Below, piece by piece: positions 1-8,314 of a stretch of DNA of 64,000 bases. Under the pieces are notes generated by a model, which worked only from the letters and a program-made list of their open reading frames with translations, made no database searches and was not told the origin of the DNA. The translations under genes and the position numbers were made by a program. The stretch comes from an uncultured Candidatus Izemoplasmatales bacterium (GTDB lineage: Bacteria > Bacillota_I > Bacilli_A > Izemoplasmatales > Hujiaoplasmataceae): positions 12,252 to 76,251 of the forward strand of contig CAZABW010000003.1 of the NCBI GenBank assembly GCA_964483655.1. Direction: 5' to 3'. Positions within the stretch are counted from its first letter, which is position 1. Each line of letters opens with the position of its first letter.

Positions 1-281
1 CATTCAATCAAATTCAAGCAGATGTCTTTAATAAAGCTGTGAGTGTTTATGATTCCGCCGAAGCGACTGCTTTGGGCGCGTTAATTGGATCATTAGTTTC
101 CGTTGGGGAATACGCCAGTCATGATCAAGCATTTGAAGCTTTACGTGGAAAAGCAAAGAAGAAGACCTTCCATGCGAATCCCAACCATATTCCTCTGTAT
201 ATCAAACTGATCCGAACGAAGAAACATTTGTATCAAGCCATCAACGATTCGCACATTTATACGTATATGACCTTAAAGTGA
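1..281 (+). CDS. gntK: FGGY-family carbohydrate kinase, C-terminal fragment (gluconokinase-like); 5' end outside window
   Basis: Frame 3 is open from base 3: FNQIQADVFNKAVSVYDSAEATALGA..., a typical FGGY C-terminal motif. A GntP permease gene follows directly, hence the gluconokinase guess. Confidence 0.6.
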   Translation, partial: FNQIQADVFNKAVSVYDSAEATALGALIGSLVSVGEYASHDQAFEALRGKAKKKTFHANPNHIPLYIKLIRTKKHLYQAINDSHIYTYMTLK

Positions 282-390
282 GTGTTCATTTGTAAACATA
301 AATTTATTCTTAACGAACACAATAAAACATATAAAAGTGTAAAAAACTTGTGAAAAGAACAAAAAATAACAAAAATATGTAAAAAAGCGC

Positions 391-418
391 TTGCATTATC
401 GAAATTCTTTGGTAGAAT
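391..418 (+). promoter_or_regulatory. sigma-A-type promoter for the permease gene
   Basis: TTGCAT (391-396), 16-nt spacer, TGg-TAGAAT extended -10 (410-418), about 40 nt upstream of the ATG at 459. Confidence 0.5.
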
Positions 419-458
419 ATGGATTAGTATAAAAAAAATATAAAAGGAGAAGTAAAAC

Positions 459-1883
459 ATGTTAAACGCATTACTTAGCTTAACAGTAACCTACAATGCA
501 ACACAAATGCTAGTTGGTCTTGTTGTCGGTGTCATCGTTTTAATCGTGATGGTTACCATGACTAAGATTCCCGCGTTCGTTGCAATCATCCTTGCAGCAG
601 CATTGGTAGCATTAGTTGGTGGCGTCCCAGGAGGAAGCATTCCTGGAATGATTTCTGGCGGATTCGGTGGAACCCTTGGAACCATCGGGATCATCATTGG
701 ATTTGGTGTCATCATGGGACAAATTTTCGAAGTCTCAGGCGCCGCAGAAAAAATGGCAAGAACCTTTATCAAATTATTCGGTAAAGGCAAAGAAGAATTA
801 GCGCTTGCTCTCACAGGATTTATCGTATCGATTCCAATCTTCTGTGACTCTGCATTCGTCATCCTCTTCCCAATTGCCAAAGCAATCTCCAAAAAAACTC
901 GGAAAAACTTAGTCATGTTAGCTGGAGCTTTAGCTATGGGTCTTGTTGTTACCCACACCATGGTTCCTCCAACTCCTGGCCCTCTAGCTGTCGGTGGATC
1001 CTTCGGCGTTGAAATTGGTACGCTTATTCTTTGGGGTCTCGTACTATCCATCCCAATGACAATTGCTGGACTTCTTTACATCAAATGGGTTTCTAAGTCT
1101 ATCAATATCGTTCCCAATGAACAAGGCGAGTTAGTGCGCTTAGAAGTAGCTGGAGAAAAAGTGTTCGATTTTGACATCAATGAACAACCTTCTCAAAAAT
1201 TACCAAGCACGTGGTTATCCTTCGCTCCGATTTTAGTTCCGATTATTTTAATCGTGTTGAATCAAGTATTAAAAACAGCGGTAACCGGATTTGCATCGAC
1301 TTGGATCGGTGGCGCGTTTGCCTTTATCGGTAGCCCCATTCCTGCGGTTGCTGTCGGGGTCTTAATTGCGATTTACGGACTTGGCTTTGGAATGAAAAAA
1401 GAAGAAGCGTTAAAACATATGGATGCTGGTGTACGTCAAGCTGGGATTATCCTTCTTGTAACGGGTGCTGGTGGATCATTAGGCCGCGTTATTCAAGATA
1501 CAGGCGTTGGCGCAACCATCGCGAATGGAATCGCTGGTTGGGGAATTCCACTTATCTTATTACCCTTCTTAATTGCGACAATCGTTCGTTTCATTCAAGG
1601 TTCTGGAACCGTTTCGTTGGTCACTTCCGCTTCGATTAGTGCTCCGATTTTATTAGCTGCTGGTGCGAACCCTGTGTTCGGTGCTCTCGCTGCGATGGTC
1701 GGTGGAGTCTTCTTCGGATACTTCAATGATTCTTACTTCCATGTTGTCAATCGTTCGATTGGTATTACAGTACCAAAAGAACAACTCAAATTCTGGTCAG
1801 GCGCTACAACTGCTGCTTGGGCCGCTGGATTTATCACTCTTATCATCCTCAATGCCCTTTTAGGTGGCGTTGTCGGCGTATAA
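459..1883 (+). CDS. gntP: GntP-family gluconate:H+ symporter
   Basis: 474 aa, very hydrophobic with Gly/Ala-rich multi-TM segments and a central hydrophilic loop, matching GntP length and architecture. RBS aaaaggaga upstream; next to the kinase fragment. Confidence 0.8.
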   Translation: MLNALLSLTVTYNATQMLVGLVVGVIVLIVMVTMTKIPAFVAIILAAALVALVGGVPGGSIPGMISGGFGGTLGTIGIIIGFGVIMGQIFEVSGAAEKMARTFIKLFGKGKEELALALTGFIVSIPIFCDSAFVILFPIAKAISKKTRKNLVMLAGALAMGLVVTHTMVPPTPGPLAVGGSFGVEIGTLILWGLVLSIPMTIAGLLYIKWVSKSINIVPNEQGELVRLEVAGEKVFDFDINEQPSQKLPSTWLSFAPILVPIILIVLNQVLKTAVTGFASTWIGGAFAFIGSPIPAVAVGVLIAIYGLGFGMKKEEALKHMDAGVRQAGIILLVTGAGGSLGRVIQDTGVGATIANGIAGWGIPLILLPFLIATIVRFIQGSGTVSLVTSASISAPILLAAGANPVFGALAAMVGGVFFGYFNDSYFHVVNRSIGITVPKEQLKFWSGATTAAWAAGFITLIILNALLGGVVGV

Positions 1884-1913
1884 CAATCTTCACACTCCCC
1901 ATAATTCAAGAAG

Positions 1914-1955
1914 AAAAACCTGTTTACACCCCCAAAGTGAACAGGTTTTTCTTTC
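1914..1955 (+). terminator. intrinsic terminator
   Basis: AAAAACCTGTTTAC / GTGAACAGGTTTTT stem (one G-U) with a 9-nt loop and a T-run. Confidence 0.8.
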
Positions 1956-2231
1956 TCTAGGAAATTCTAAGTGCTTATCAATACAAGATACATGTGGGAT
2001 CTGAGAAAGAGCGTAATTCTTCAAACATGATTCAAAATGTTCCCCAGTGCTCTAAGGATAGGGACTATGGGTGTAAATCCACCCAAAAGAACATGCCTGT
2101 TTGGCGTGGAAACGTCTCCAACATGGTGAACAATTGATTCGCTGAGGGGGAAATATGCACCCTTTGTTCTTTTGTGCATTTTGGTTGTGAATGTGTCTAT
2201 TTCATAGTAGAATGAGTTCGAGGTGGTCATC

Positions 2232-2969
2232 ATGAAAAAGCGATCGATGGTTAAAAAAATTATTATCATTTCTTTTGTTGTCGTTATAGCAATTGCCATT
2301 CAATATTTACTTTCAGAAACCAAAGCAACAACGGATGCAATGGTGTATCTCGAATCGAGTGAAACGGTATTCGTAGAAACGAGAAGATTGAATCAAACAG
2401 AGTATGTTTATTTTGAACCGACTGAACTTCCTAATCAGTCCAGTATCATTATTTATCAAGGGGGAAAAGTATCTCATTTAGCCTACGCTAGATTAGCTTT
2501 TTCTTTAGCAGAAGCCGGATTTACAGTATATTTACCGAAGATGTTGTTTTCATTAGCATTTTTTCAAGTTAATCTAGCTGATCAGTTTCTTGATGCGTTT
2601 GAAGCGACTTCTTGGATTGTGTTGGGACATTCCTTAGGAGGGGTAGCCCTGTCCAATGTTGTCGTCGATAATCCTCGATATTCAGGCGCGATTTATTTGG
2701 CTAGTTATCCTTTTGCTAAAGGAAGTTATGATCATCTAACCAGTTTACTCATTCATGCAGAGTTGGATGGACTGACAAGTCAAGAAGATATCGAGTCCAG
2801 ACTTTCCCTTTTACCAGAGGAAAAGCGCCGTTTTGAAGTTATTTTAGGCGGAAATCATGCTGGATTTGGGGATTATGGTTTACAAAAGGGGGATGGATTT
2901 GCTACTATAACAAATGAGGAACAAATCCAACAAACAGTACAACTCATTCTCGATACATTTGGAAGGTGA
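2232..2969 (+). CDS. membrane-anchored alpha/beta-fold hydrolase
   Basis: N-terminal TM helix and a nucleophile elbow GHSLGG. ATG at 2232 sits 6 nt after gaggtgg; the tracked GTG at 2223 is less likely. Confidence 0.65.
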   Translation: MKKRSMVKKIIIISFVVVIAIAIQYLLSETKATTDAMVYLESSETVFVETRRLNQTEYVYFEPTELPNQSSIIIYQGGKVSHLAYARLAFSLAEAGFTVYLPKMLFSLAFFQVNLADQFLDAFEATSWIVLGHSLGGVALSNVVVDNPRYSGAIYLASYPFAKGSYDHLTSLLIHAELDGLTSQEDIESRLSLLPEEKRRFEVILGGNHAGFGDYGLQKGDGFATITNEEQIQQTVQLILDTFGR

Positions 2970-2976
2970 CCATTCC

Positions 2977-3945
2977 ATGAATTTAGTTAAACATCCCATT
3001 TTATTTCAAGGACGAAATAAATCCAAACGCTATTTTGAGGGTTGGTATTATAAATTAGTGAATCGGAAGGCGAATACAACATTAGCTTTGATTCCGGGAA
3101 TTTCTTTGGAAGAGACCAATCCCCATGCATTCATCCAAGTGATATATCAAGAAGGAAAAAGCAAACACCCCCAAACATGGTATTGTCGATTCGAAAAGGA
3201 TGAGTTCCATTATCAAGATCAGCCCTTCATGATTGATATTGGGGGGACTCGTTTTTACCAAGATCGGATGGAACTGGACATTCATGAGATGGATATCGCT
3301 TTAAGTGGAGTCTTGACGTTTACACAGCTGACACCCATCAAAACCAAATTCGGAGAGCCTTCTATCATGGGGCCCTATGCCTATCTATCGTTCATGGAGT
3401 GCTTCCATGGTGTTCTATCGATGAATCACATTATCAGTGGATCGCTCATTTTGAATAGTAAAACGATTGATTTTACAAACGGAAAAGGATACCTTGAAAA
3501 AGACTGGGGAATCTCATTTCCCAAGCAATATGTATGGATGCAATCCAACCACTTTCCAAGAGAAGATGTTTCCATCATGGCATCGGTTGCTCATATCCCC
3601 TTCTTATTTACTGCTTTTGAAGGGTTTATTGTTAATCTGACCATTGGATCAGAGGAATATCGATTTGCGACATACAATGGAGCGACGAAGAAGAAACTAT
3701 TTCAGACAGACCAAGAGGTTCATTTCGTCTTTAAACGAGGGTCGATTACTTTAGAGTTAAAGGCATGGAGTGATACATCAGTTGCGCTCAAAGCACCGAA
3801 AGAAGGGCAGATGGATCATGTGATTAAAGAAGGCATCTCAGGAAAAATCGCTATTACATTACGTGATAAAGAGAACATCATTTATGAAGGTATAGGCGAA
3901 CGTGCAGGCATTGAAATTGCCTTGCTTGAAAAAGCGATCAAATAA
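2977..3945 (+). CDS. tocopherol-cyclase-like family protein (function unknown in bacteria)
   Basis: N-terminal RYFEGWYYKLV resembles the FFEGWYFRV signature of plant and cyanobacterial tocopherol cyclases. ATG at 2977 lies just after the upstream stop; the tracked start at 2914 overlaps the previous gene. Confidence 0.5.
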   Translation: MNLVKHPILFQGRNKSKRYFEGWYYKLVNRKANTTLALIPGISLEETNPHAFIQVIYQEGKSKHPQTWYCRFEKDEFHYQDQPFMIDIGGTRFYQDRMELDIHEMDIALSGVLTFTQLTPIKTKFGEPSIMGPYAYLSFMECFHGVLSMNHIISGSLILNSKTIDFTNGKGYLEKDWGISFPKQYVWMQSNHFPREDVSIMASVAHIPFLFTAFEGFIVNLTIGSEEYRFATYNGATKKKLFQTDQEVHFVFKRGSITLELKAWSDTSVALKAPKEGQMDHVIKEGISGKIAITLRDKENIIYEGIGERAGIEIALLEKAIK

Positions 3946-3966
3946 CCCCAATGAATGGGGTTTTTT
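3945..3966 (+). terminator. intrinsic terminator
   Basis: ACCCCA-atgaa-TGGGGT followed by TTTTTT. Confidence 0.7.
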
Positions 3967-4046
3967 CTTGATTGAATAGGGGAAGTAAGGTATACTATAC
4001 CTGTTATTTGTTTGAACTTAAAAGCAATATTCTAGTGAGGGATCTC

Positions 4047-4526
4047 ATGACTTTTATCAAAGAACACTACAAGATATTCATCATCATGGCATCGTTTTGG
4101 ATTCTACTAACCATGGATTTTACCTTATTTAACATACTCATTGGTCTCGCCGTGAGTTTTTTCGTGAGTTTAGCGAGTAAACGAGTTCTTTTTGAAGAGG
4201 ATCAGTCCTTATTTAAAGGGATTAAAGGATACAAGCTCGTTCCATATTTGTTTAAATTATTTATTGAGATTTTCAAATCCGCCTTTCAGTATGTGCATAA
4301 CGTCATTTCCAGACATTATCAAGTAGTCGTTTTCGAAATGAAATTGAATACGGACGATCCTGTAGTGGTGGGGATTATTGCCAACTCGATTACCTTAACT
4401 CCAGGCACAATAACCATTGAAACGGATGGTTTTACCATAACTGTCATGCAACTAGCAAAACCAGGGATTACCCAAGCCGAGTTGGAACAACCAATTCGTG
4501 ATAACTTTGAAAAATATTTGAAATAG
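4047..4526 (+). CDS. mrpE: Mrp/Mnh-type cation:proton antiporter subunit E
   Basis: ~160 aa with two N-terminal TM helices and the ITLTPGT motif typical of MnhE; first gene of an E-F-G-B-B-C-D array. ATG at 4047 follows gtgaggg. Confidence 0.75.
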   Translation: MTFIKEHYKIFIIMASFWILLTMDFTLFNILIGLAVSFFVSLASKRVLFEEDQSLFKGIKGYKLVPYLFKLFIEIFKSAFQYVHNVISRHYQVVVFEMKLNTDDPVVVGIIANSITLTPGTITIETDGFTITVMQLAKPGITQAELEQPIRDNFEKYLK

Positions 4527-4534
4527 GTGATCAA

Positions 4535-4798
4535 ATGCAGTTTTTAGAGTATACCTTAATTCTTCTTGCGGTGATGATGGCGGTCGCATTTGTTCGTTTA
4601 GCCATTGGCCCGACGATTTGGGATCGTATTTTGATGTTAAATCTCATTTCGATTAAGGTCATTTTATTTGTCGTAATTTATGCTATTTTAAACGAAAACT
4701 TATTGCTTTTAGATATCGCATTGTCCTATGGCATTATTGGTTTCTTAACGATGACTCTATTAGCAAAATTCATTATGACAGGGGGACGTGAAAAATGA
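4535..4798 (+). CDS. mrpF: Mrp/Mnh antiporter subunit F
   Basis: 87 aa, three TM helices, position after subunit E, LAIGPTIWDRIL motif. Confidence 0.75.
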   Translation: MQFLEYTLILLAVMMAVAFVRLAIGPTIWDRILMLNLISIKVILFVVIYAILNENLLLLDIALSYGIIGFLTMTLLAKFIMTGGREK

Positions 4799-5103
4799 TT
4801 TGGATTGGCGTCGTCTTACTTGTCTTAGCTTGGATCTTTTTATTGTTTGGAATGATTGCGGTCTTTCGTTTAAAAAACATCTATGAGCGGATTATTTCCG
4901 CTACTACGATTGACACTGTTGCGGCTTTGTTAGTGATATTTGCCCTCTTTTTCTTTGTGCCTTCCTTTGCCTTCGCCATTCGTTTGATTTTATTAATCCT
5001 ATTCTTGTTTATTACAAATCCGATTAGTTCTCATGTGAATATTCGTTCTGCATTTTTAACCGGTATATCTACAGAGAAGGAAGGAGAAGAGCAACATGAT
5101 TGA
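4795..5103 (+). CDS. mrpG: Mrp/Mnh antiporter subunit G
   Basis: 102 aa, three TM helices, ATGA overlap with subunit F, NPISSH motif typical of MnhG. Confidence 0.75.
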   Translation: MIWIGVVLLVLAWIFLLFGMIAVFRLKNIYERIISATTIDTVAALLVIFALFFFVPSFAFAIRLILLILFLFITNPISSHVNIRSAFLTGISTEKEGEEQHD

Positions 5104-5644
5104 ACTGGTATCGTATCTTCTCCAAATCATCTTAATCGTGATTGCCATTTCGGTTGTTATTCACAAGCGTAATTTCACGATTATCATTTTAATTGCGACG
5201 TTTGGCTTGGTCGCAGCGAGTTTGTATATTATAAATAAAGCGCCTGATGTAGCGATTGCCGAGGTGGCGATTGGTAGCGCGATTATTCCCTTAATCTATG
5301 TCATTTCCATTTCTCGACAACGAGAATTTATTGTCCTCGATCGTACCAATGATGGGTTTATTGAGTATGGCTTTGAACTGTCTGGAGAAGGGTATCAAAT
5401 TTTGAGCGATTTTGTGAAGGAATTTGATTTAAGTTTAAATATTTGCGTTGATATTCAAGGACAAGCTAAAAAATTAATTGAGGAGTTAAATGTCGATTTG
5501 ATTGTAACGAAAGACAATCAAACCAATCAGTATGTGTTTTATGGAAAAGCTTCCAGTGTTTTAATGACGAAACTAAAAAACCAAGTAAAGGACAAACCCC
5601 ATATCAAAATCATCACATTGAAAGAGGAGAAGAAAAATGATTAG
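5096..5644 (+). CDS. DUF4040/MrpA-C-terminal-like membrane subunit (MbhD-like) with a ~105-aa soluble C-terminal extension
   Basis: The N-terminal ~75 aa form three TM helices containing NKAPDVAIAEVAIGSAI (the APDVAxTEAAVG-type signature). The rest is hydrophilic and unassigned. Confidence 0.6.
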   Translation: MIELVSYLLQIILIVIAISVVIHKRNFTIIILIATFGLVAASLYIINKAPDVAIAEVAIGSAIIPLIYVISISRQREFIVLDRTNDGFIEYGFELSGEGYQILSDFVKEFDLSLNICVDIQGQAKKLIEELNVDLIVTKDNQTNQYVFYGKASSVLMTKLKNQVKDKPHIKIITLKEEKKND

Positions 5645-6329
5645 AAGAATCTCCTTGATCGTCTTGCTCGTCGTCATCTTTTTTGGTTTTTTATATTCTG
5701 TTATTGATTTAGAAGCGTTCTTCTCGACCTATGGGAAAGATTATTTCTTTGCGAACGGGTATTTAGAGACTGGCTCTTTAAATCTTGTAACGGGTATTTA
5801 TTTAGATTATCGGTTGTTTGATAGTCTTTTTGAAGCCGGGATTTTAATTGCGGCGGTATCGGGGGTTACCTGGATTTCCCAACATGAGATTACCGAGAAA
5901 AATGCATCCTTCATGCTCGATAAGCAAATCACTCCGGGATTATTCATCACCTTTTCGAGAATGGTGTATCCCTTTATGTTGATGTTTGGAATCTATGTCA
6001 TCTTGTTCGGCCATGTTAGTCCTGGTGGAGGATTCCAAGGTGGCGCGATTGTCGCTACAGCGATTCTAATCTTGTATTATATTGATAGTAAGAAAGCAAC
6101 CTCCATCGACAAGATTCTAACGATTGAGAAGATTTTGTTTCTAACGATTTTAGCAGTAGGTTCGATTTCCTATTTTACGAAAGGCACCTTTTTTACAAAC
6201 CCCTTTGATTTATCTGCCTCAGAAGCAGTTAAATCAATCTATTTAATCACTCTGAATGTTTTAATTGGCATCAAAGTATCCTTAGGGCTTGTGGCGATAT
6301 TCACTGCCTTTCTCAAGGAGGGTCGCTAA
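5637..6329 (+). CDS. mrpB: Mrp/Mnh antiporter subunit B (MbhE/F-like)
   Basis: NLVTGIYLDYRLFDSLFEAGIL and GGGFQGG motifs characteristic of MnhB-domain proteins. Confidence 0.7.
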   Translation: MIRRISLIVLLVVIFFGFLYSVIDLEAFFSTYGKDYFFANGYLETGSLNLVTGIYLDYRLFDSLFEAGILIAAVSGVTWISQHEITEKNASFMLDKQITPGLFITFSRMVYPFMLMFGIYVILFGHVSPGGGFQGGAIVATAILILYYIDSKKATSIDKILTIEKILFLTILAVGSISYFTKGTFFTNPFDLSASEAVKSIYLITLNVLIGIKVSLGLVAIFTAFLKEGR

Positions 6330-6659
6330 ATGTCTCCCATTTTAACTATCATTGTTATATTAATTGGTCTTTATGGACTAGCAACATCTAAAAATATCAT
6401 TAAAAGTGTATTTTGTGTCACGATTATCGAGGCTGGAGTCATCTTGTTATTCTTAAACCTTGGTAATTTGGAAGGGGGATCTATCCCCATTCTTGGCAAT
6501 GTGATAGAAAACATCGTAGACCCCATTCCTCAAGCATTAATGATTACAACGATTGTCATCGGTTCCACCATTACTGCTTTAGCATTGATGCTTTGTATTA
6601 AGATTTTCCATAACTACGGTTCGGTAGAGTGGAAAGAAGTTCTTGGAAGGGAGGAATAA
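6330..6659 (+). CDS. mrpC: Mrp/Mnh antiporter subunit C (NuoK-like)
   Basis: 109 aa, three TM helices, NuoK/MnhC-like size and position. Confidence 0.7.
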   Translation: MSPILTIIVILIGLYGLATSKNIIKSVFCVTIIEAGVILLFLNLGNLEGGSIPILGNVIENIVDPIPQALMITTIVIGSTITALALMLCIKIFHNYGSVEWKEVLGREE

Positions 6660-6661
6660 TC

Positions 6662-8272
6662 ATGCCCTTTGCCTATCAACTTCCCATTTTCTTTGTTTTT
6701 ATCCCAGTCATTTTTGGCGTCATTATTTACTTGTTTAAAAAGCCATGGATCACTTCTCTTTCCTTTCTTGCGCAAATAACTCTCTTCATTGCATTCTTCG
6801 TTTACCATCAATTTTGGTTGACGAATCCTGAGCATCACTTGATTGTCTTTGGGGGGTGGAGTGAACGCATCGGGATTAGTTTTTATGCCGATTCGCTCAA
6901 TTTGACTTTTACCTTATTATCGATTGTCATTTTCTCGATTGTGTTACTCTATTTATTCCAATTTCGTCGTAAAGATCACAAATTCTTATTTTTCTTCTTA
7001 TTTTTAGAAGGGGTTTTCCTCGGAATGATTCAAACGAATGACCTCTTCAATATGTTTGTTTTTTTAGAATTGGTTACCGTCATTGTAACAGTGCTGATTA
7101 GTTATCAAAAAACTGGTCCATCGTTTCAAGCGGGGATTTATTATCTCCTCTTAAATACGGTTGGTGCGCTTTTCTTCCTGATTGGGATTATCTTTTTATA
7201 CAATACCTTTGGAACGATTAATATTTTATTACTAAAAGACTTGATTCCACTTCAAGGTGACCGCACGGTCGTCCAATTTGCCTATATCATTATGATTTCA
7301 GGAATTAGTGTTAAAGCAGCGTTGTTTCCTCTTTTCACATGGCTTCCGAAAGCTCATGGGGTTGCTCAATCAGGCATTAGCGCTCTATTATCTGGTCTCG
7401 TTGTCAAAGGCGCACTTTATGTCTTTATCCGCTTGAATCGGTATATGTATGTGAATGTCCCGCTTCAGTTAAGTGAGTTGTTTTTCTGGTTAGGGGTGGT
7501 GACTGCTCTCGTCGGGGTTGCTTTTGCCATTAGTCAAAAGGATATGAAACAAATCTTAGCGTATCATACGGTATCTCAAGTAGGGATTATGATGATGGGT
7601 ATTTCACAATCCTACCTCACCGCTTATTATGGGGGCGTTCTTCATATAATCAACCATGCTTTATTTAAATCCTTACTGGTTCTAGCAGCTGGGGTATTGA
7701 TTAAACATTATCAAACCAAAAAAGTCTATGAAGTTCGAGGGGTCATGCGAACCTTCCCCTTGATTGGGATTGTCTTAATCGTTGCGATGCTTTCCATCAG
7801 TGGGGCTCCGTTATTGAACGGCTTTGTGTCGAAATCCATGGTCAAATATGCAGTCAAAGGAGATTTCATCAAAGAGTCCCTTTTCTTCTTGATTAACTTA
7901 GGAACGGTGACTTCCTTTATTAAATTCTCAACAGTCTTGTTTGGGCCGAAACAAAATCTAGTCAAACAAAAGAATCCGCTTCAAGATATTTCCATGATTC
8001 TTTTGGCAGTCGGATGTTTAGGAATTGGGCTTTTTTACAAAGAACTTGGTCAGTGGATTTATGGATTAAGCGTCACGGTCAAACTGTGGGAATGGGTGAA
8101 TTTGCTCGACTATGCTATTTTCCTTGCTATCGGTCTTGTTTTCTATCATTTTGTGGTCAAAAAAGATTACAAGCCTTTTCAGTTTTTACGCCACTTTAAA
8201 CTGACGTTTGAGTCGGCCAATTATTTGTTTGTTGCTTACTTAGTGGTTGTTTTACTCGTTGTATTTACATAA
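6662..8272 (+). CDS. mrpD: Mrp/Mnh antiporter subunit D (NuoL/M/N-family proton-conducting subunit)
   Basis: 536 aa, ~14 TM helices, with conserved WLPKAH and SQVG motifs of the NuoN/MrpD family. ATG at 6662 lies 2 nt after the mrpC stop. Confidence 0.8.
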   Translation: MPFAYQLPIFFVFIPVIFGVIIYLFKKPWITSLSFLAQITLFIAFFVYHQFWLTNPEHHLIVFGGWSERIGISFYADSLNLTFTLLSIVIFSIVLLYLFQFRRKDHKFLFFFLFLEGVFLGMIQTNDLFNMFVFLELVTVIVTVLISYQKTGPSFQAGIYYLLLNTVGALFFLIGIIFLYNTFGTINILLLKDLIPLQGDRTVVQFAYIIMISGISVKAALFPLFTWLPKAHGVAQSGISALLSGLVVKGALYVFIRLNRYMYVNVPLQLSELFFWLGVVTALVGVAFAISQKDMKQILAYHTVSQVGIMMMGISQSYLTAYYGGVLHIINHALFKSLLVLAAGVLIKHYQTKKVYEVRGVMRTFPLIGIVLIVAMLSISGAPLLNGFVSKSMVKYAVKGDFIKESLFFLINLGTVTSFIKFSTVLFGPKQNLVKQKNPLQDISMILLAVGCLGIGLFYKELGQWIYGLSVTVKLWEWVNLLDYAIFLAIGLVFYHFVVKKDYKPFQFLRHFKLTFESANYLFVAYLVVVLLVVFT

Positions 8273-8275
8273 AAT

Positions 8276-8308
8276 AAACAGCACATCGGTCGAATCGATG
8301 TGCTGTTT
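8276..8308. terminator. bidirectional intrinsic terminator between convergent genes
   Basis: Perfect 13-bp stem AAACAGCACATCG / CGATGTGCTGTTT, flanked by an A-run upstream and a T-run downstream. Confidence 0.85.
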
Positions 8309-8314
8309 TAATGT

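Noticed and set aside
378-398. cre-like sequence AAAAAGCGCTTGCA overlapping the gntP -35 element.
   Set aside because: It matches the cre consensus at only about 11 of 14 positions, with mismatches at the conserved TG, so it is too weak to call. The 13/14 site at 47680 was kept instead.
491-1051. 186-aa minus-strand ORF inside gntP. Similar antisense or alternative-frame ORFs lie inside other genes, e.g. 24056-24394, 25012-25383, 44090-44419 and 60456-60821.
   Set aside because: These are mirror frames of long, well-supported genes. They have odd composition (Pro/Thr/Asn-rich or low complexity), no RBS and no recognisable motifs, so they are most likely non-coding shadows.
2021-2299. 92-aa minus-strand ORF spanning the spacer and the start of the hydrolase gene.
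   Set aside because: It has no Shine-Dalgarno sequence before any of its Met codons, overlaps the RBS and start of a supported gene, and its sequence looks random.
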